Source: Bilabrum cf. latius (lineage: Eukaryota). From it: a stretch of 64,000 nt of DNA. Position numbers and translations under genes: made by a program. Location of the stretch: assembly GCA_965178125.1 (NCBI GenBank), contig OZ237749.1, forward strand, positions 1 to 64,000, read 5' to 3'. The notes beneath the pieces were generated by a model, which searched no databases, had not been told where the DNA came from, and was given only the letters and a program-made list of their open reading frames with translations. Below, piece after piece: positions 25,101-37,887 of this stretch. Each line of letters begins with the position of its first letter. Positions within the stretch are counted from its first letter, which is position 1.

Positions 25101-25857
25101 CGTCCAGGGCCTCCAGGCGGGTGGGGGGCACCGCGTCGTCGCACAGCACCAGGCAATCGAAGGCCTTGATCGTCTCATCATCCAAACCAGCAGCGGGCTT
25201 CCCATCTACGCCAGACAGCACGCTCACGGGCACGTACTCGTTCAAGGTGTCCAGTTCTCCCAGCGAGGCTTCGTCGCGGCGAGCGCCCTCCTTCACGTGC
25301 TGCTCCGTGATGTAAAAGTTGAGGCCCATGTCCTTTGCCGTAGCTGGCGTAGGATCGTGCAGTACCACCTCCTTGACTCCGGCAAGGATGATGTTCTTGG
25401 CAGTCTCCATGCCAACACCGCGCAGCCCGACGATCAGAACACGCATTTTCACGAGCTTCTTCATGCACTCCATTCCCAGCGTTGCGATCTCTGCGAATTG
25501 CGACCCGACGTGGCGTAGCGCATTAGACATATGTGTACATGCGTTTTAGTGGTTCGAAGAGGTATTTGACGCAGCTGGACACAGAGATAGGCCCCTGCTG
25601 ATGCTGCAGAACGCGTGCATTCGGAGGCTTGCACCAAAAGGGAAATAGTCAGCAGTTCGACTAAGTTGAATTGAAACGAATGGTTCATAAAGCGGCCCGC
25701 ATAGAACCTCGCATTCAAGCAGTGATGCAGCAGCAACAAGCAAGGAACCCGATCAGCACAAAGATCCTTCTATCTCACGCCGCGAGTACAGATCCTGGTC
25801 GATACCATCGTCGCCGCCTGCTCCAGAGGCAGCTCCAGATCCAGCTACAGCCGCCAT
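22123..25857 (-). CDS. UBA1: Ubiquitin-activating enzyme E1 (UBA1-like), intron 25491-25778
   Basis: Exon 1 MAAVAG..IDQDLYSR|Q splices to IATLGMECMKKL. Motifs VGLRGVGMETAKN, VGSGALGCELLKN, SNLNRQFLFR, catalytic SCT and FEKDDDTNHHVDF, HIIPAVATTT. TGA stop and no in-frame TAG. Confidence 0.93.
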
Positions 25858-26028
25858 ATTCGTTGAGTACTAGTAGAAATTACCGTGTGTATCTTCGAAT
25901 GGCATTCAGTCGCGAGAACGCCGGCCACTCATCTGGTATTTTGAATGTAACGTATAGGTTTATGCACCAGATGCATTGCATGATTGCACTGTTTTAGCCG
26001 GAAGCGGTGCCTTAAAGCGCACGATAGT

Positions 26029-27939
26029 ATGGCTACGAAGCCAGTCAGATGTTGGGCTTGTGATTCACTCACGAGAGGTCCTGATGGTTATGCTGATTTC
26101 TACTGCGGCGCTAAAGATTGCGGTGCATTGGTAACGTCGCCAGATGTCCTACTCATTCGGGCTGGACGAAGAATGCATCCAGCATGGTGGAATGGGTTGC
26201 AATCATCTCCGATGTACATTGCATCTTCGGCCTTGCTTGGGGTTGCTAGTGAGCTAGCAGCAGGTGCATGATTATCGGATTGATCGACTGCTCTCCTAAC
26301 TTGTAGAACACTGATCCATTTTCTCACAGATTCAAGCTGTTGTCTTCTGCAATTGTATTGTTTTATCTTAAGCAATCTACAGCCTCTCGCAGTATTTGGG
26401 GTGTGGCGAGTGTTGCCGTGGTACCTGTCTGTCATAGAATCTTCAAGTCTTGCAACAATCGCACACTGGAGCTTTGTAGCAGTTCTGGCGGTTAATTGCG
26501 TTGGTCTTTATTGCCAACTAATGATCATGGATCCTGGATTTACCCGTTCGAAGGCTGGACTGTCGTGGAGAGGCCTGCTACAGCCGCACACATCGGTGTG
26601 CCGCTATTGTCCGCATTGCAAGGCCCCGAAGCCACCCGGGACCGCGCACTCAAGAGCTGAAGGCAGATGCGTGATGCAATTCGATCACTACTGCCTTTTG
26701 ATTGGGCGGGCTGTCGGCGGGCGCACCATTGGGAGGTTCATCCGGATGCTCGTGTGGCTGCTCCTGGGTTCCGCGTACGTGGTGGCATGCGGGGTGCACG
26801 GCGTGCTGAGTGCCCCTGACACGCACAGTAGACCACAAGGAGGGTCCACCAGCGGACCAGACATGCGTTCTATCGCAGGGCTTGGCAGCTGGGCCTCCAT
26901 GCCGCGGTCCCGCGCAGACGAGAGAGCCGCACATGCACTTGCAACCGATCTACAGAAGGTGAGCCTGCACTTGGCGGCGGGCCGGTTTCTGGTCGAGTGG
27001 GCCATGCACGAAGGGGTAGTGGGAGGGGCCTTCCAGAGAGGAGGGAGGGACCCTCTCGTGGAGGAGGGCAGGGTCATGCGGGCAGCGAGCGTGCTGCCGT
27101 TGTACTGGACGCTGCCTCTGCAGGCCATGGCCTAGCTGGGTGAGGGAGGGGAAGGAGGTGTGGGGACAGGAGAAGGGGAAGAGGGTGGGTGGGCGCTTCG
27201 CTCCACTGCCGCGATGAAAGAGGGCTGGGTGCACTGGTTCATGGGTCGGATGTGCCTTGGCTGGCTGTATCTGAACCTGAGGCTGGAGGACCACTCTTCG
27301 AGCATGGGGCGGAGCTTTGCCAGCTCGTTTGGGAGGATGGGGTACTCGGTCGTGTTCGCACATGGGCTGTGGACGGGACTGTCTGTTGTTTGGGTGTTTA
27401 TTGTATCGGGTAGCGCGATGTTTGGCTTCGTTCTGTTGCTTGGGAACACTGTCGTGGGCGAGGTGTGCTAGAGGGGGGACCCGATGGCTCGAGCCGAGCT
27501 GGTGAGGGACCGGTCGGCTGCGATCCAGCGGATCAAGGCAGACACAGAGGCCAAGGAGAACCCATTGAAGGGTGACATAGGTGGTAAGGATGCAGGTCAT
27601 GTGGCAGGCAATGGGGACGGGGCGCGGCAGAACCCAAGGCGGCGGGGTGGCAGGCAGAAGGTAGCAAGCAGCTCTGGCAGTACGACCCTAGGTGGGGGGC
27701 CCGGCACGTAGGGCGGCAGCATCTAGGAACCCATGGTAACCATGCGAGAACGACCTATGCTTGACAAGGTCCGGGCGCTCTTGCAGCTTCCAACTTGGAA
27801 ACAAGACGAAAATGCATGGTATGCTGTGTTGAAGGCGGCCGTGTACTTGTCGTTGCCGTGGCCGCCGCGAAGCAGAGGAGACATAGTAGAGGAATGGAAG
27901 GAGCTTGCGAGTGATAGGTTTGAATTTGTCGGGGTGTAA
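26029..27939 (+). CDS. DHHC-family palmitoyltransferase (DHYC variant); intron 26264-26329; 3' end may splice on to about 28046
   Basis: Motif DPG..C..CK..KPPGTAHS...RCVMQFDHYC..GRAVG, with TM segments. The frame continues through TAG at 27133, 27469, 27709 and 27724 to TAA. Confidence 0.78.
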
Positions 27940-28236
27940 GTCCTGGCTGCTGCCCGAGAGAGAGGCGGATCCACCACCATGCTGGCGCGGAGACCGCCCT
28001 CGTCACGGCGCACCGCAGGCATGATAGCCGAGGCGTTGAGCAGTAACTACTACTGCTACGTCTCCCGAATGTTCGTATTATTGAACACACAGAGCAGCAC
28101 ATTTGGAACACACTAAAGGCTTACTTCTTCGCGGTAAAGGTTTATCCGCAGTCGCTCGACGGGCATTCATTGGTTGCGAAAGTGCATCAGCTTGGGCTTC
28201 ACGAGGCGAGAAAATTTGACAACACCGGCGGGTGGA

Positions 28237-31200
28237 ATGAATTATGCCTCTACGACGAACTACCTTACCTTCGGACAGCGGCAGATCGCGCAGATCAGCG
28301 CTATCCTGCTAACAAGTCTCCTAGTTGTGTCGTCAGCTCTGGTGCATGAGCAGAAAATAGAGCACGTCGCTGCACCCCACAGTTCACCTAAGTCGATTAG
28401 TAGACATACAACTCTTGAAGCTGCAGATCACATCCATCATAACCACGGCTTTTGCGCATACGACGATGCGTTACAGGATGCCAAGAGAGACCGAGTGTTG
28501 CGCGGCAAAGATCCCGAGATTGCCCCTCGAATGCTCTTATCTGGGAGGCACACCAGGCACCCACGAGGACAACGTGCACTAGAAACTTAGGTATGGAGGC
28601 CACTTCGTGTGAGGGCTGATTTTTACGAAGGGAGCTCGACAACATGGCAGATGGATGCAGCAACAACGCAGTACTTCAAAGAAGAGGTGATGGGGTGGGC
28701 TCTTCAGCGCACCCAAGAACTTCTGTCCGTTCGGGAGCGACCAGCTGGCGCTGCTCTCTTTCTTGGGTATCCATGCACCAGCTGGTACACTGGCGGTGGA
28801 GATGGCCGGTGTGCTGCTCTTGACCTTGATCGTGAATGTGGGGCTAGCACGGTGACCCTCAACTCGACATACTTCGGGGAGGCAAGCACGTTTGAGTTCA
28901 CTGGTGGCCAGTTTCACGAGACGGTGGTGCCAGCGGGAGGGACTGGCGTGCCTGACGCGGATTTCGTGCTTGCCATCACAACTGACCACACCAGCAGCTG
29001 CGAAGGCTCCACGCTTGCATTTGCATCCACTTGTCTGCGGGACGACATAGATAGACCGGTGGCTGGTAGGTACAACCAGTGCCCCACCAAGGTGTCCATG
29101 GACCCTAGCAGGCTCAGACGCATGCGGCAGGTGGCGCTGCACGAGGTGTTCCACGCCATCGGGTTCAGCTCGGCCAACCTGGCCTACTTCAGGGATCCAG
29201 ACACCCTTGTGCCCTACCTGCAGCGAGACGACTCTCGGGAGGAGTACCTGCACGCGGATGCACAGGTGTCCATTACTTGCAGCGGGCAGAGCTTCACCGT
29301 TTCCCAGTTCCCGGACACGGTGATCGGGTGGAGCGGAGAGCGGGGGCAGCCCGAGTGCAACAACTTCACACAGGCCATCAGCGTCGGGCGCACTGGCTGC
29401 ACGCAGAGGTTGGTGCTGCCCAGCGCGCGCGACTAGGCCCGCGCATACACGGGATGTGGCCACCTACCCGGTCCTGAGCTTGAGAACCAGGACACGTCGT
29501 GCGGCATGGTGAGCTCGCACTGGGACGCCCGTGTGCTCGCCCAGGATACGATGGCACCGAGGACTTCTCACTGGTAGGCTGTCTCCCGAGTCACGCTGGG
29601 TTTCTTTGAATCATCGGGGTGGTATCAGGGCAACTACAGCGCGCTCGTGGAAGAGACGGGAAGGGACTGGGGCTCGGACGTGGGGTGTAATGCGGCCATG
29701 GATAGCCGAGGGGTCGTCGGGGACCCATTAATGAGCGTCACGACAAATTCGAGCCTGCGAGAAGCAGAACCGCTGTTTTGCGTCGAGCCAAGTACTGCTA
29801 ATGAGTGCACGTTCGACAGGCGAGCCAGAGGGATCTGCCAGCTAAAATCAGACTACTCTGCTGCCGAGCTGCCCGAGTACTACCGCTACTTCGGAGATTC
29901 AGAGCCTTACACTGGGGGAACGCAGGACACTCTAGACTATTTGCCATATATTGGAGGCTCATCACGGTGCGACGACCCCAGCCGTATGGGATCCAGTATC
30001 GTGCAGACAGACATGGGCGCGTTCTACGGCAACGAGTCGGCCAGCGCGTGCTTCGAGTCCAACCTGATACTTCAAGATACCATGTATGTGCCGCATGCCA
30101 CAGGATGCTACGCATACCGATGCAATCAAACAAGTCAAGACATGGTATTGCAGGTGATGCCGCTGCTCCGGAACGGAAGTGATGGCGCAGTGATCGAGTG
30201 CAAAGATGGTGACGGTGGTGCCCAGAAAGGAGCAATCGGATACAACGGTGCAGTCACCTGCGTCGAGCCTGCCTTGCTGTGCAACGAGGCACGGAGAATA
30301 ATTGATGGTAGCAATGCATTTGTGGAGGCACCTAGCCCCCCACCGGCACAGTCGCCCAGCCCCAGTGTCAGCGCCAGCCCAAGCAGCAGCAGCAGCACAA
30401 GTCCATCTGCATCGTCGTCTACGGGTAGTAGCTCATCGACCAGCCCGAGCCCATCGACCAGCGCGAGCTCGACCCCTTCGAATAGCGGGAGCTCGACCCC
30501 ATCGACCAGCGCGAGCTCGACCCCCTCGAATAGCGGGAGCCCAAGCAGCAGCAGCAGCACAAGTCCATCTGCATCGTCATCTACGGGTAGTAGCTCATCG
30601 ACCAGCCCGAGCCCACCGACCAGCGCGAGCTCGACCCCCTCGAATAGCGGGAGCCCAAGCAGCAGCAGTAGCAGCAGCGGCAGCGGCAGCACAAGTCCAT
30701 CTGCATCGTCATCTACGGGTAGTAGCCCATCGACCAGCCCGAGCCCATCGACCAGCGGGAGCTCGACCCCCTCGACCAGCGGGAGCCCAAGCAGCAGCAC
30801 TGGCACGTCTGTATCGCCGTCGAACACCTAGAGTTCGCGCCCCAGCGCCAGCCCGAGCGGTAGCGCCAGCCCATCATCTGAGCTCGACCGTCTGCCAAGC
30901 TTCTCTCCCAGGCCTCGCGAGGGGGCGGGGTCGGTGCCAATATTCGAGCTCAGCGAGCTCAAGGAGCGCTACTGCCCGGGCGTGGCGGAAGCGTGGCCTG
31001 GCAGCGATCTCTAGGCCGTGGCTGGTATTCAGTGGTAGCTCAGTGGGCTGCCAGTGGAAGGGGAGCTGTCCTGCAGTAGCGCGGGGGCGGTGCGAGAGGC
31101 GATGACATAGGTGCTGCAGCTCGAGGCAAGGCAAGTTGCCGTGCGGTTTCTGATGGATGAAGGCACTGAACGGCGCAGGTCGCTGCAGGGCGCCTCATCC

Positions 31201-31653
31201 TCTGGCCAAGCCCAGGGCGTGGAGGCCGCAGTGGCGGCAGAGAGCGAGGAGGAGGCCAGGCGGCTGGTGCTTGAGCTGGTGGTGGCGGTGAGCGATGGCA
31301 ATCTGGCACAGGTGCTGGAGGCGGCCAGCCCCGAGACATTCCTGGGGGTGTCTACAGCGGTGCCCGTGGGTCAAGCGCCTTTCTCCGGAGATCTGCCGGC
31401 ACCAGCCTCCGGCGAGGATGGAGGTGCGACACTTCTTGGGTTCGATCGCGCGCTTGCTATTGGAGTATTGGCTGGTGTTGGGATCATCGTCTTGCTGGCC
31501 GCAGTCGGCTGCTGCTACTTCTGCTAGTGCTGCTGCTTCAAGACCCCAGGGCGCAAGCGAGCGGCAGTAGTGCCGAGTGTGAGGGGCGACGATACGCGGC
31601 AAGGGGGTGCATACAGAGTCGATGGCCCTTAGTGCAATACTGCGCGTGCCTGA
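28237..31653 (+). CDS. Leishmanolysin/GP63 (peptidase M8) with S/T/P mucin-like stalk and C-terminal TM (about 1,138 aa)
   Basis: Motifs DRPVAG, HEVFHAIGFS, ELENQ, SHWDARV..DTM and SRVTLGFFESSGWY. The frame is continuous through TAG at 28588, 29434, 29575, 30829, 31012, 31036, 31108, 31525 and 31630, and ends at TGA. Confidence 0.9.
30335..30880 (+). repeat. Coding low-complexity Ser/Thr/Pro repeats within the M8 peptidase
   Basis: Recurrent SSSSSTSPSASSSTGSSSSTSPSP and STSASSTPSNSGS units. Confidence 0.85.
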
Positions 31654-31753
31654 AGCGACCTCGACAAATCTGAATAAATGTATTATAGCGTCGCGTTTTA
31701 GGCAGCAACGGACAGCTATCGGCAACTCCGGCCGTTGCCATCAGACTGGCACC

Positions 31754-34700
31754 ATGAGCTAGCCATTAGTGAGGTATTTTATAAACAATTGCATCTAATG
31801 TACCTATTTTGCATGAATTCCACTCCTACATTCCCCTGATAGTGAATTTTGATCGCAGTCTTTGGATTGGGTGTTCGGGGTCTCGTCCGATCGGCCTCGT
31901 ATGGTTCACGCATTGAGAGACAGGAAACTTTTCTATCCATCAGCTCACGTTGGTATTATTCTCGATCCTGATAGACAAACCTAGAAACATTTGCTCGCTC
32001 ACCGTCACCAAATTCGGTGTGTTGCGGTGTCTCCCGACAAGCGATGGATTGCCACGGCGGACTGTGGCAGTGAATCCCTGCTAGTTGTGTGGGATGCAGC
32101 ATCGTTAGCACCAGTTCGGACATACGCACGTCCCCATCGCTGGGGATGCGCTGGTGTCGCGTTTTCCAGCGATGGGTCCAGATTAGCGACTGCGGCTTCC
32201 GCTCGTCCAGAAGATGCTAGCGGCCCGTCATCGCAATCGCAGCCATCTGGCTCTGAATCTCGAGTGGAACTCGAGCACACAGGTACTGATTATGGTAGCG
32301 GATCGATGTGGTAGGAAGTGTGCGTCTGGGACTGGGCCGACGAGCCGTCGGACGATGGCGGCGACTAGGCCGATGCAGGTGCCACGGCCCGCGCCCGCAT
32401 CCCTGCATCGGACCCGATTTTGCACGTCGCATTTCACTAGGAAGATCCCACACTTATCGTAGCCACCGGTGCAGAGCGAGTGGTATTTCTGGGGCTGGAG
32501 CAGTCCACGGCGCCAGCCAAGGGACCCGAGGGGCCCCCGCTGCTGCTGCGGTTCGTGGCCCCCGCGGTGCCTAGAGGAGCTCTGGATCGACCCGTGGCCG
32601 CGTTCACCTGCAGCACCTTTCTGCCCGGCACTGCGGCAGCGCTGAGTGCCACAGAGGACGGGAGCGTGCTGCTGTGGGACGCCCCCCCAGCGGCAGTGCT
32701 CGAGGGCCGCGTGCTGGACAAGGCTGCCGTGAAGGCCGTGCGGCTGGCAGAGGCCCCCGAAGATGACGAGGGCACTGTGATCAGGAAGGGCGGAGAGGAG
32801 GAGGGGGAGGGGTCGGCCATCACGTGGATGGACACGGTTGCGCTGCCCCAGCGAGAGCAGGGGGGCGGCCTGCTGGATGCCACGGGGAAGCTGTCTCTCG
32901 ATGGAACCGCCAAAGGGGGGGAGCATGGGGGCGGCGGGGCGGGCAGTGGAGGCCCCGTGGAGCGTGTGGTGGTGGTGGGCACCGCAGACGGCGTGATCCG
33001 CGTCTTCGACACCGCCCTTCGCCTGCTCGCGTGGGCAGAGGACATTGACGCGGGGCCCATCACGTCGGTCTCCTTCGAGGCGATGGACGGAGAGGAGGCG
33101 GGGCTGAGAAGGGCCGAGAGGGCGGGCGAGGGCGAGACCGGGGCTGCCTCTTTGCCTCCATTCATCGTGTCAACATCTCGTGCGCTGGTGCTGGCAGTGG
33201 ACCCGGCGGCTGCATTCGGAGCCCTGGACGCGGATGCGCGCCGGGGCCAGCTTATCTTGCAGGGGCACGAGGACGCGGTAACGGCGGTGGAGTGCTCTCC
33301 CTCGGAGGACCAGCGCATGCAGAGGGTGCTCGTGGGCACGAGGGGAGGATCTCTGTACCTGTGGGATGCGCGGGCTAGGGCCCTGCTGCTGGTTCGGTTG
33401 CTGCAGGAGGAGGCCGAGGAGGCTGAGGCGGAGAGGCTGGCGGCTCTGCACGCACCCCGGACGGATGGCCTGCAGTGGCACGAGGACGAGTTCGCTGTGA
33501 CCGCGGCCTCGTGGCACCCTTCGAGCGCGGTGCTGGCGGTGGCGATCGGGGGAGCCGAGGGCGCCGCTCGTCACACCTCTGTACGGATCCTGGATGCTGC
33601 GACACTCGGTGACGCGCAGGCTCCGCTCGGTGGCTCCACTCGCATGCGAAGGACAGAAGCGGCAGCAGCAGCTGCCGCGTCCGTCGGGCGCGGGTCTGCG
33701 GCGTCGGGCGCGTCGGGGCCTGGCAAGCACGGGGCCGTGCCCCTGGACGGGCCCCAGGGCGTGGTGACCCACCTTGCCTTCTCGCCCGAGGGCCGGTGGC
33801 TGGCGGCGGCGGACGACCAGGGGTATCTCTGCCTGTGGCACTTTGCGCGCACCAGGGCGGGCGCCTCTGCGCAGGCAGCGGCGACTCTGGCGTGGAAGCA
33901 GGGCGTGCCTGGGCAGCACGGGGGCGAGGGCGAGGGCAAGGAGGAGGGTGGGCCCGGAGATGACCGGTGGGTGCTTGTGGGCCGCATGATGCCGCATGGT
34001 CGCAAAGGCAGGGTGACTGGGATGGCATGGTCGCCAGGCCAGGCGACTCGGAGGGCTGGCCTCGTGGACCAGGAGGGCAAGTCGGGCGAGGGGGGCGGGG
34101 ACGACCCCTTTGGGGAGGACGAGGACGAGGACGATGCTACGGTGCCCCAGCCGCGGCTGTGCGTGGTGGGCACAGACCGCCGCGCCGTGGAGATTGACGT
34201 GGGGGCCTCCTCCCTTGCAGTCGGACTCAAGCACCGCCCTGAGAGGCCCAGGCTGGAGCAGAGCGCCACACCCACTGCATGCGCCTGGATCCGGGCGGAT
34301 GGAAGGGCTGACGTGCGGGCGGCTCCTGGCGCCTCGGCTGCCACGGCCAAGGCGACGGGTTCAGGCGGCGGCGCTGGCGGAGAGCTCCAGCTGCTGGTGG
34401 CGTCGGATGCGCACAAGATCAGGCTCTGGGGCGCCTCGCCGCTGTCCTCCCGCTCATGCCGCCGCACAGTGCGGGCCCCCCTGTTCGGAGGAGCTCCCAG
34501 CCGCCTCGTCCCTGTGCCTGCGCGGGCATCCGCCGTGGGCGGGCTCGGGGGTGGCTCTGGTGCGGCGGCTGCTGCAGCAGGGGACAGCGAGGACGGGCCT
34601 GGCGCGAGGCAGGAGGGCACGGGGGACATGTCTGCCGGTTCGTCGTCCTCGCTGGACATTTCGGAGCGACTCATGGTGTTTGCGGCTCCGAATCGAGTGG

Positions 34701-35566
34701 CTGGTCTGCTGGTGCTTCCCACGGACGGGGATCCCCGGGGCGCGGCCGGCGTGGTGGCGCATCCCGGGGAGATCTCCGGAGTGGCGGTGAGCGGGGACGG
34801 TTCGAGGATGGTGAGCGCGGGCGGGGAGGACGGGGCGGCGATGGTGTGGCGCATCGACCCAGATGCCATGCAGCGGGCGTGCATGGCTCCTCTGCAGGCA
34901 ACACCGGGAGCGCTGGCCCAGGGGGCCGAGGCAGCGCTGCCCGAGGGGGTCGAGGAGACGGACCCATTCGTGGCGCAGCTGCCCGGGGGGCGCGCGGGGC
35001 AGTACTACCAGGACGTGTGCGACTTCTTTGCCCATGCGCAGATCCGCGCGCACGGGGAGGAGAGCGCGAGGCCCAGGGCGGCTGGCGTGCGGCTGCCTGC
35101 CAGCGAGCTGCCCAGCCTTCTGCGCGCGCTGGGGTGCTATTTGTCAGAGAGGGAGGCAGCGGCGGCCGTAGACGAGGTGAGGGGCGGGCCCCAGCTGCAG
35201 GGGGGGAACGACAAGGGATCTAAGGACGGGGCTGGGTTCGTTGAGCTGCCGGTGGCTGTGCGGCTGCTGGTCAACCACCGGCCAGTGCGCGGGGCGGGGG
35301 TCGATGGGATCAGGGAGGCCCTGGCTGTGGTGGCCCGCAAGCACGGGTCCACCGGCGTAGGGGAGGTCCCCACGTGGCAGGTGCTGCGACGGGCGCTCCT
35401 CCGCAGCGGCGAGGCGATGGGCGAGGTGGAGCTGGAGGCGTGCATGGAGGCGCTCACGGGGAGGCCGGACGGGGGCCTTCGAGAGATGGACGACGTGGAT
35501 GAGGAGGCATGGACGCATCAGGTGCTTGGCTTTGTGGACTAGGGCTAGGGGGCGGGCGGCACGTGA
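31754..35566 (+). CDS. CFAP251: Cilia/flagella-associated WD40 protein CFAP251 (WDR66)-like; intron 31769-31858
   Basis: MS(TAG)PL|SLDWVFG; LFYPSAHVGII..T(TAG)KHLLAH..VSPDKRWIATAD; (TAG)EVCVWDW; LPTDGDP..VVAHPG; C-terminal DFFAHAQIR..RALG.Y.SE and LVNHRPV degenerate EF-hand region. TGA stop at 35564. Confidence 0.87.
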
Positions 35567-35753
35567 CCGCCGACTAGAACGCATACAAAGAAATGTTACA
35601 TCAAGTAGCGCCAGCTGAACTAGCTCAAGCTGTGACAACTACTCTCACATTCACGCATTGCAATAACTCGCCAGTAGCAGCAGCAGCACTGCCTGGCGTG
35701 CTAGGCGCACCCGATAGGCCGCCCTCTCTCCCTCTCTCTGGTAGTAGAGCCTC

Positions 35754-37469
35754 TCACAGGACCTCGTCGTCGTCTTCATCGTCCTCCCCCTCTCCCCCAA
35801 GGAACTCGTCCCCCTCGTCATCACCAGTCCCGCCCTCCGCCTCCTTGCTCTCCTCCACCCCTGCACCCGCATCTGCTCCCGCGCCCGTGCCGGCACCTGA
35901 TGAAGCACCCGCACCGGAGCTGCCGGCCTCGCCGGAGCCACTCCCGCCCGCAGCAGCCCCGCTGGCAGGGGCCGGTGCAGCCACTGCCGGAGCCGCCTCC
36001 CCCGACCTGTCGCTGGCCCTGTCCAGCTGCCCCTCGGGGACGGGCCTGGCGGGTCGCTCCTCGACCTTGACCCCGGCCCTGTCCCCGCGGGCCTTCTCCT
36101 CCTCGAAGCCCTTGCGAGCAGCCTCCACCGCGGGTGCCAGCGCGGCCGCCTCCTTCTCAGCTGCCTCTGCCTCAGCGGTGGCCATGTCCAGCAGCAGCGA
36201 GCGCAGGCCGGCCAGCCGAAGCCTGGAGGACTTTGAGCTCTCGGCCGCGGCATGAGCAGCGTGTGCGTCCAGACCTCGCTCCGATGCCCCCAGCGACCGC
36301 ATCGCAGTGCGCAGCCGGGCCACCGCCGCGTCATACGCCCTCCTGGGCCCCTCGTCCCCCGCACTGGGGGGCTCCCCTCCCGCCGAGAGAAGCTTGGCCA
36401 CCGCTGCAGAGGCAGCGTCAACCTCCCTGGCGGCATCACGGCGGGTCTCGCCCGCCTGCAGGGCCGCAGCGAAGGTTCGCTGGTCCAGCTGCCTGCACGC
36501 CTGCACCGCCATGGCGGCCTCCTCCCCGATCCACGGGGTTACCCCGTCCGTGACCCGCTTGTTCGCACGGGCGCTCTGCAGCACCTCGTCAGCCATGGCT
36601 TCGAGGGACTTGCCGAAGCCGCCCGTCTCCGTGCGTCCCACCCCGCGTGTGGTCTTGGCCAGCGCCGCCGCCTGCAAGACGCTCTGGCGGCGCGCATCGA
36701 GGAGCCTCTGCGCCCCTGCCTCCATCTCTGTGTACGAGGCAGAGAGGCGCAGCACCGCCCCGCGAGCCCCCACGAGCCCCTGCTCCTGGTGCCCCGCCGC
36801 GTCCAGGTCCTCGATCCCGCCCACCGCCGACGTCACGCCGCGCACGGCGCGCCGCACGACCTGCGCCATCACGGAACCCGCCCCTGCCATGATGTTGGCC
36901 GCGCGACCAGCCGCCGTGGGGGTCTGGGTGGCCTTGGTGTGCGCGAACGAGGCCGTGTCCAGGGACAGGAAGTCCACAGTGGCGCGAGAGGCCAACAGCG
37001 GAGCGCTGGCGCAAACCTGGTCCAAGAAACGCTGCAGACCGCGCTGCCGCCGCTGCACGTGCGCGGGGTCTGTGGTACCGGCCAGGACCGCCTTGGGTGG
37101 CAGCACCGGTACGTCGAGCGAAGGCCAAGCTGTGGCAAGCTGGTCATACAGCCAAGTGAAGTCACTGTACCGCCGCGTTATATCAGCACTAATAGTCTCG
37201 CCAATGAGGCTTACCAACACCGCATCTGGGGACGCGACTGGTGTTGCGGGCTTCGCTGGGCTTCCATCAGCGGGCGGCACCGAGGCCTCCCCGGCAGTTG
37301 CTTTTACGCTATTCCCAGTCAAGCCATCAGGAAGTGGTTTTTGCGCTTCTGGTAACTCTGGATGGTTTTTGGACTGCGCAAGGAGCGGGATGCTGCACAA
37401 AGACGCTGCTTGGACGGGACCGGCAATTGCAAGCGCGATACACGGAGGATTAACGCTGAGAGCAGCCAT
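35754..37469 (-). CDS. Sorting nexin (PX domain + BAR-like helical region, acidic tail); start uncertain
   Basis: Motif RRYSDFTWL...VPVLPPK...RRQRGLQRFL...FL. TGA stop and no in-frame TAG. Confidence 0.85.
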   Translation of the reverse strand: MAALSVNPPCIALAIAGPVQAASLCSIPLLAQSKNHPELPEAQKPLPDGLTGNSVKATAGEASVPPADGSPAKPATPVASPDAVLVSLIGETISADITRRYSDFTWLYDQLATAWPSLDVPVLPPKAVLAGTTDPAHVQRRQRGLQRFLDQVCASAPLLASRATVDFLSLDTASFAHTKATQTPTAAGRAANIMAGAGSVMAQVVRRAVRGVTSAVGGIEDLDAAGHQEQGLVGARGAVLRLSASYTEMEAGAQRLLDARRQSVLQAAALAKTTRGVGRTETGGFGKSLEAMADEVLQSARANKRVTDGVTPWIGEEAAMAVQACRQLDQRTFAAALQAGETRRDAAREVDAASAAVAKLLSAGGEPPSAGDEGPRRAYDAAVARLRTAMRSLGASERGLDAHAAHAAAESSKSSRLRLAGLRSLLLDMATAEAEAAEKEAAALAPAVEAARKGFEEEKARGDRAGVKVEERPARPVPEGQLDRASDRSGEAAPAVAAPAPASGAAAGGSGSGEAGSSGAGASSGAGTGAGADAGAGVEESKEAEGGTGDDEGDEFLGGEGEDDEDDDEVL

Positions 37470-37887
37470 CTGAACGCGCAGAACTTACCACAACAATAAT
37501 TCTATACGATACATACTAAGACCTTCCCTCTCCATGTCTGGTAGTTTCTGCGATGACCGCAGAAACAGCAGCGGATTTCGCGATCAACTCCGTCGACTGC
37601 TTTAGAGTTGCCGCTGTATCGATGTATTGAGCCTCAGCCATGCTTGGAACTCAACGCTAAGCACGAGACAAGAAGTATTTATCCACTACTGTGTGCCGGC
37701 AGTGCTTTTCGGGATCCTCTCCGTGGCTTTCCAACTGACCGGACAAAAATCCTGGTACTGCACTCATCACGTGTAACCGTGGCGTCTAGCGGTGAAACAT
37801 TCATGAACACAGGGCGCGCACCACTGGAAAGATGCTGATTGTTCAAGCTCAACGCACTTAGCCAGTACATCTCCCCTCTTCCCAGCC

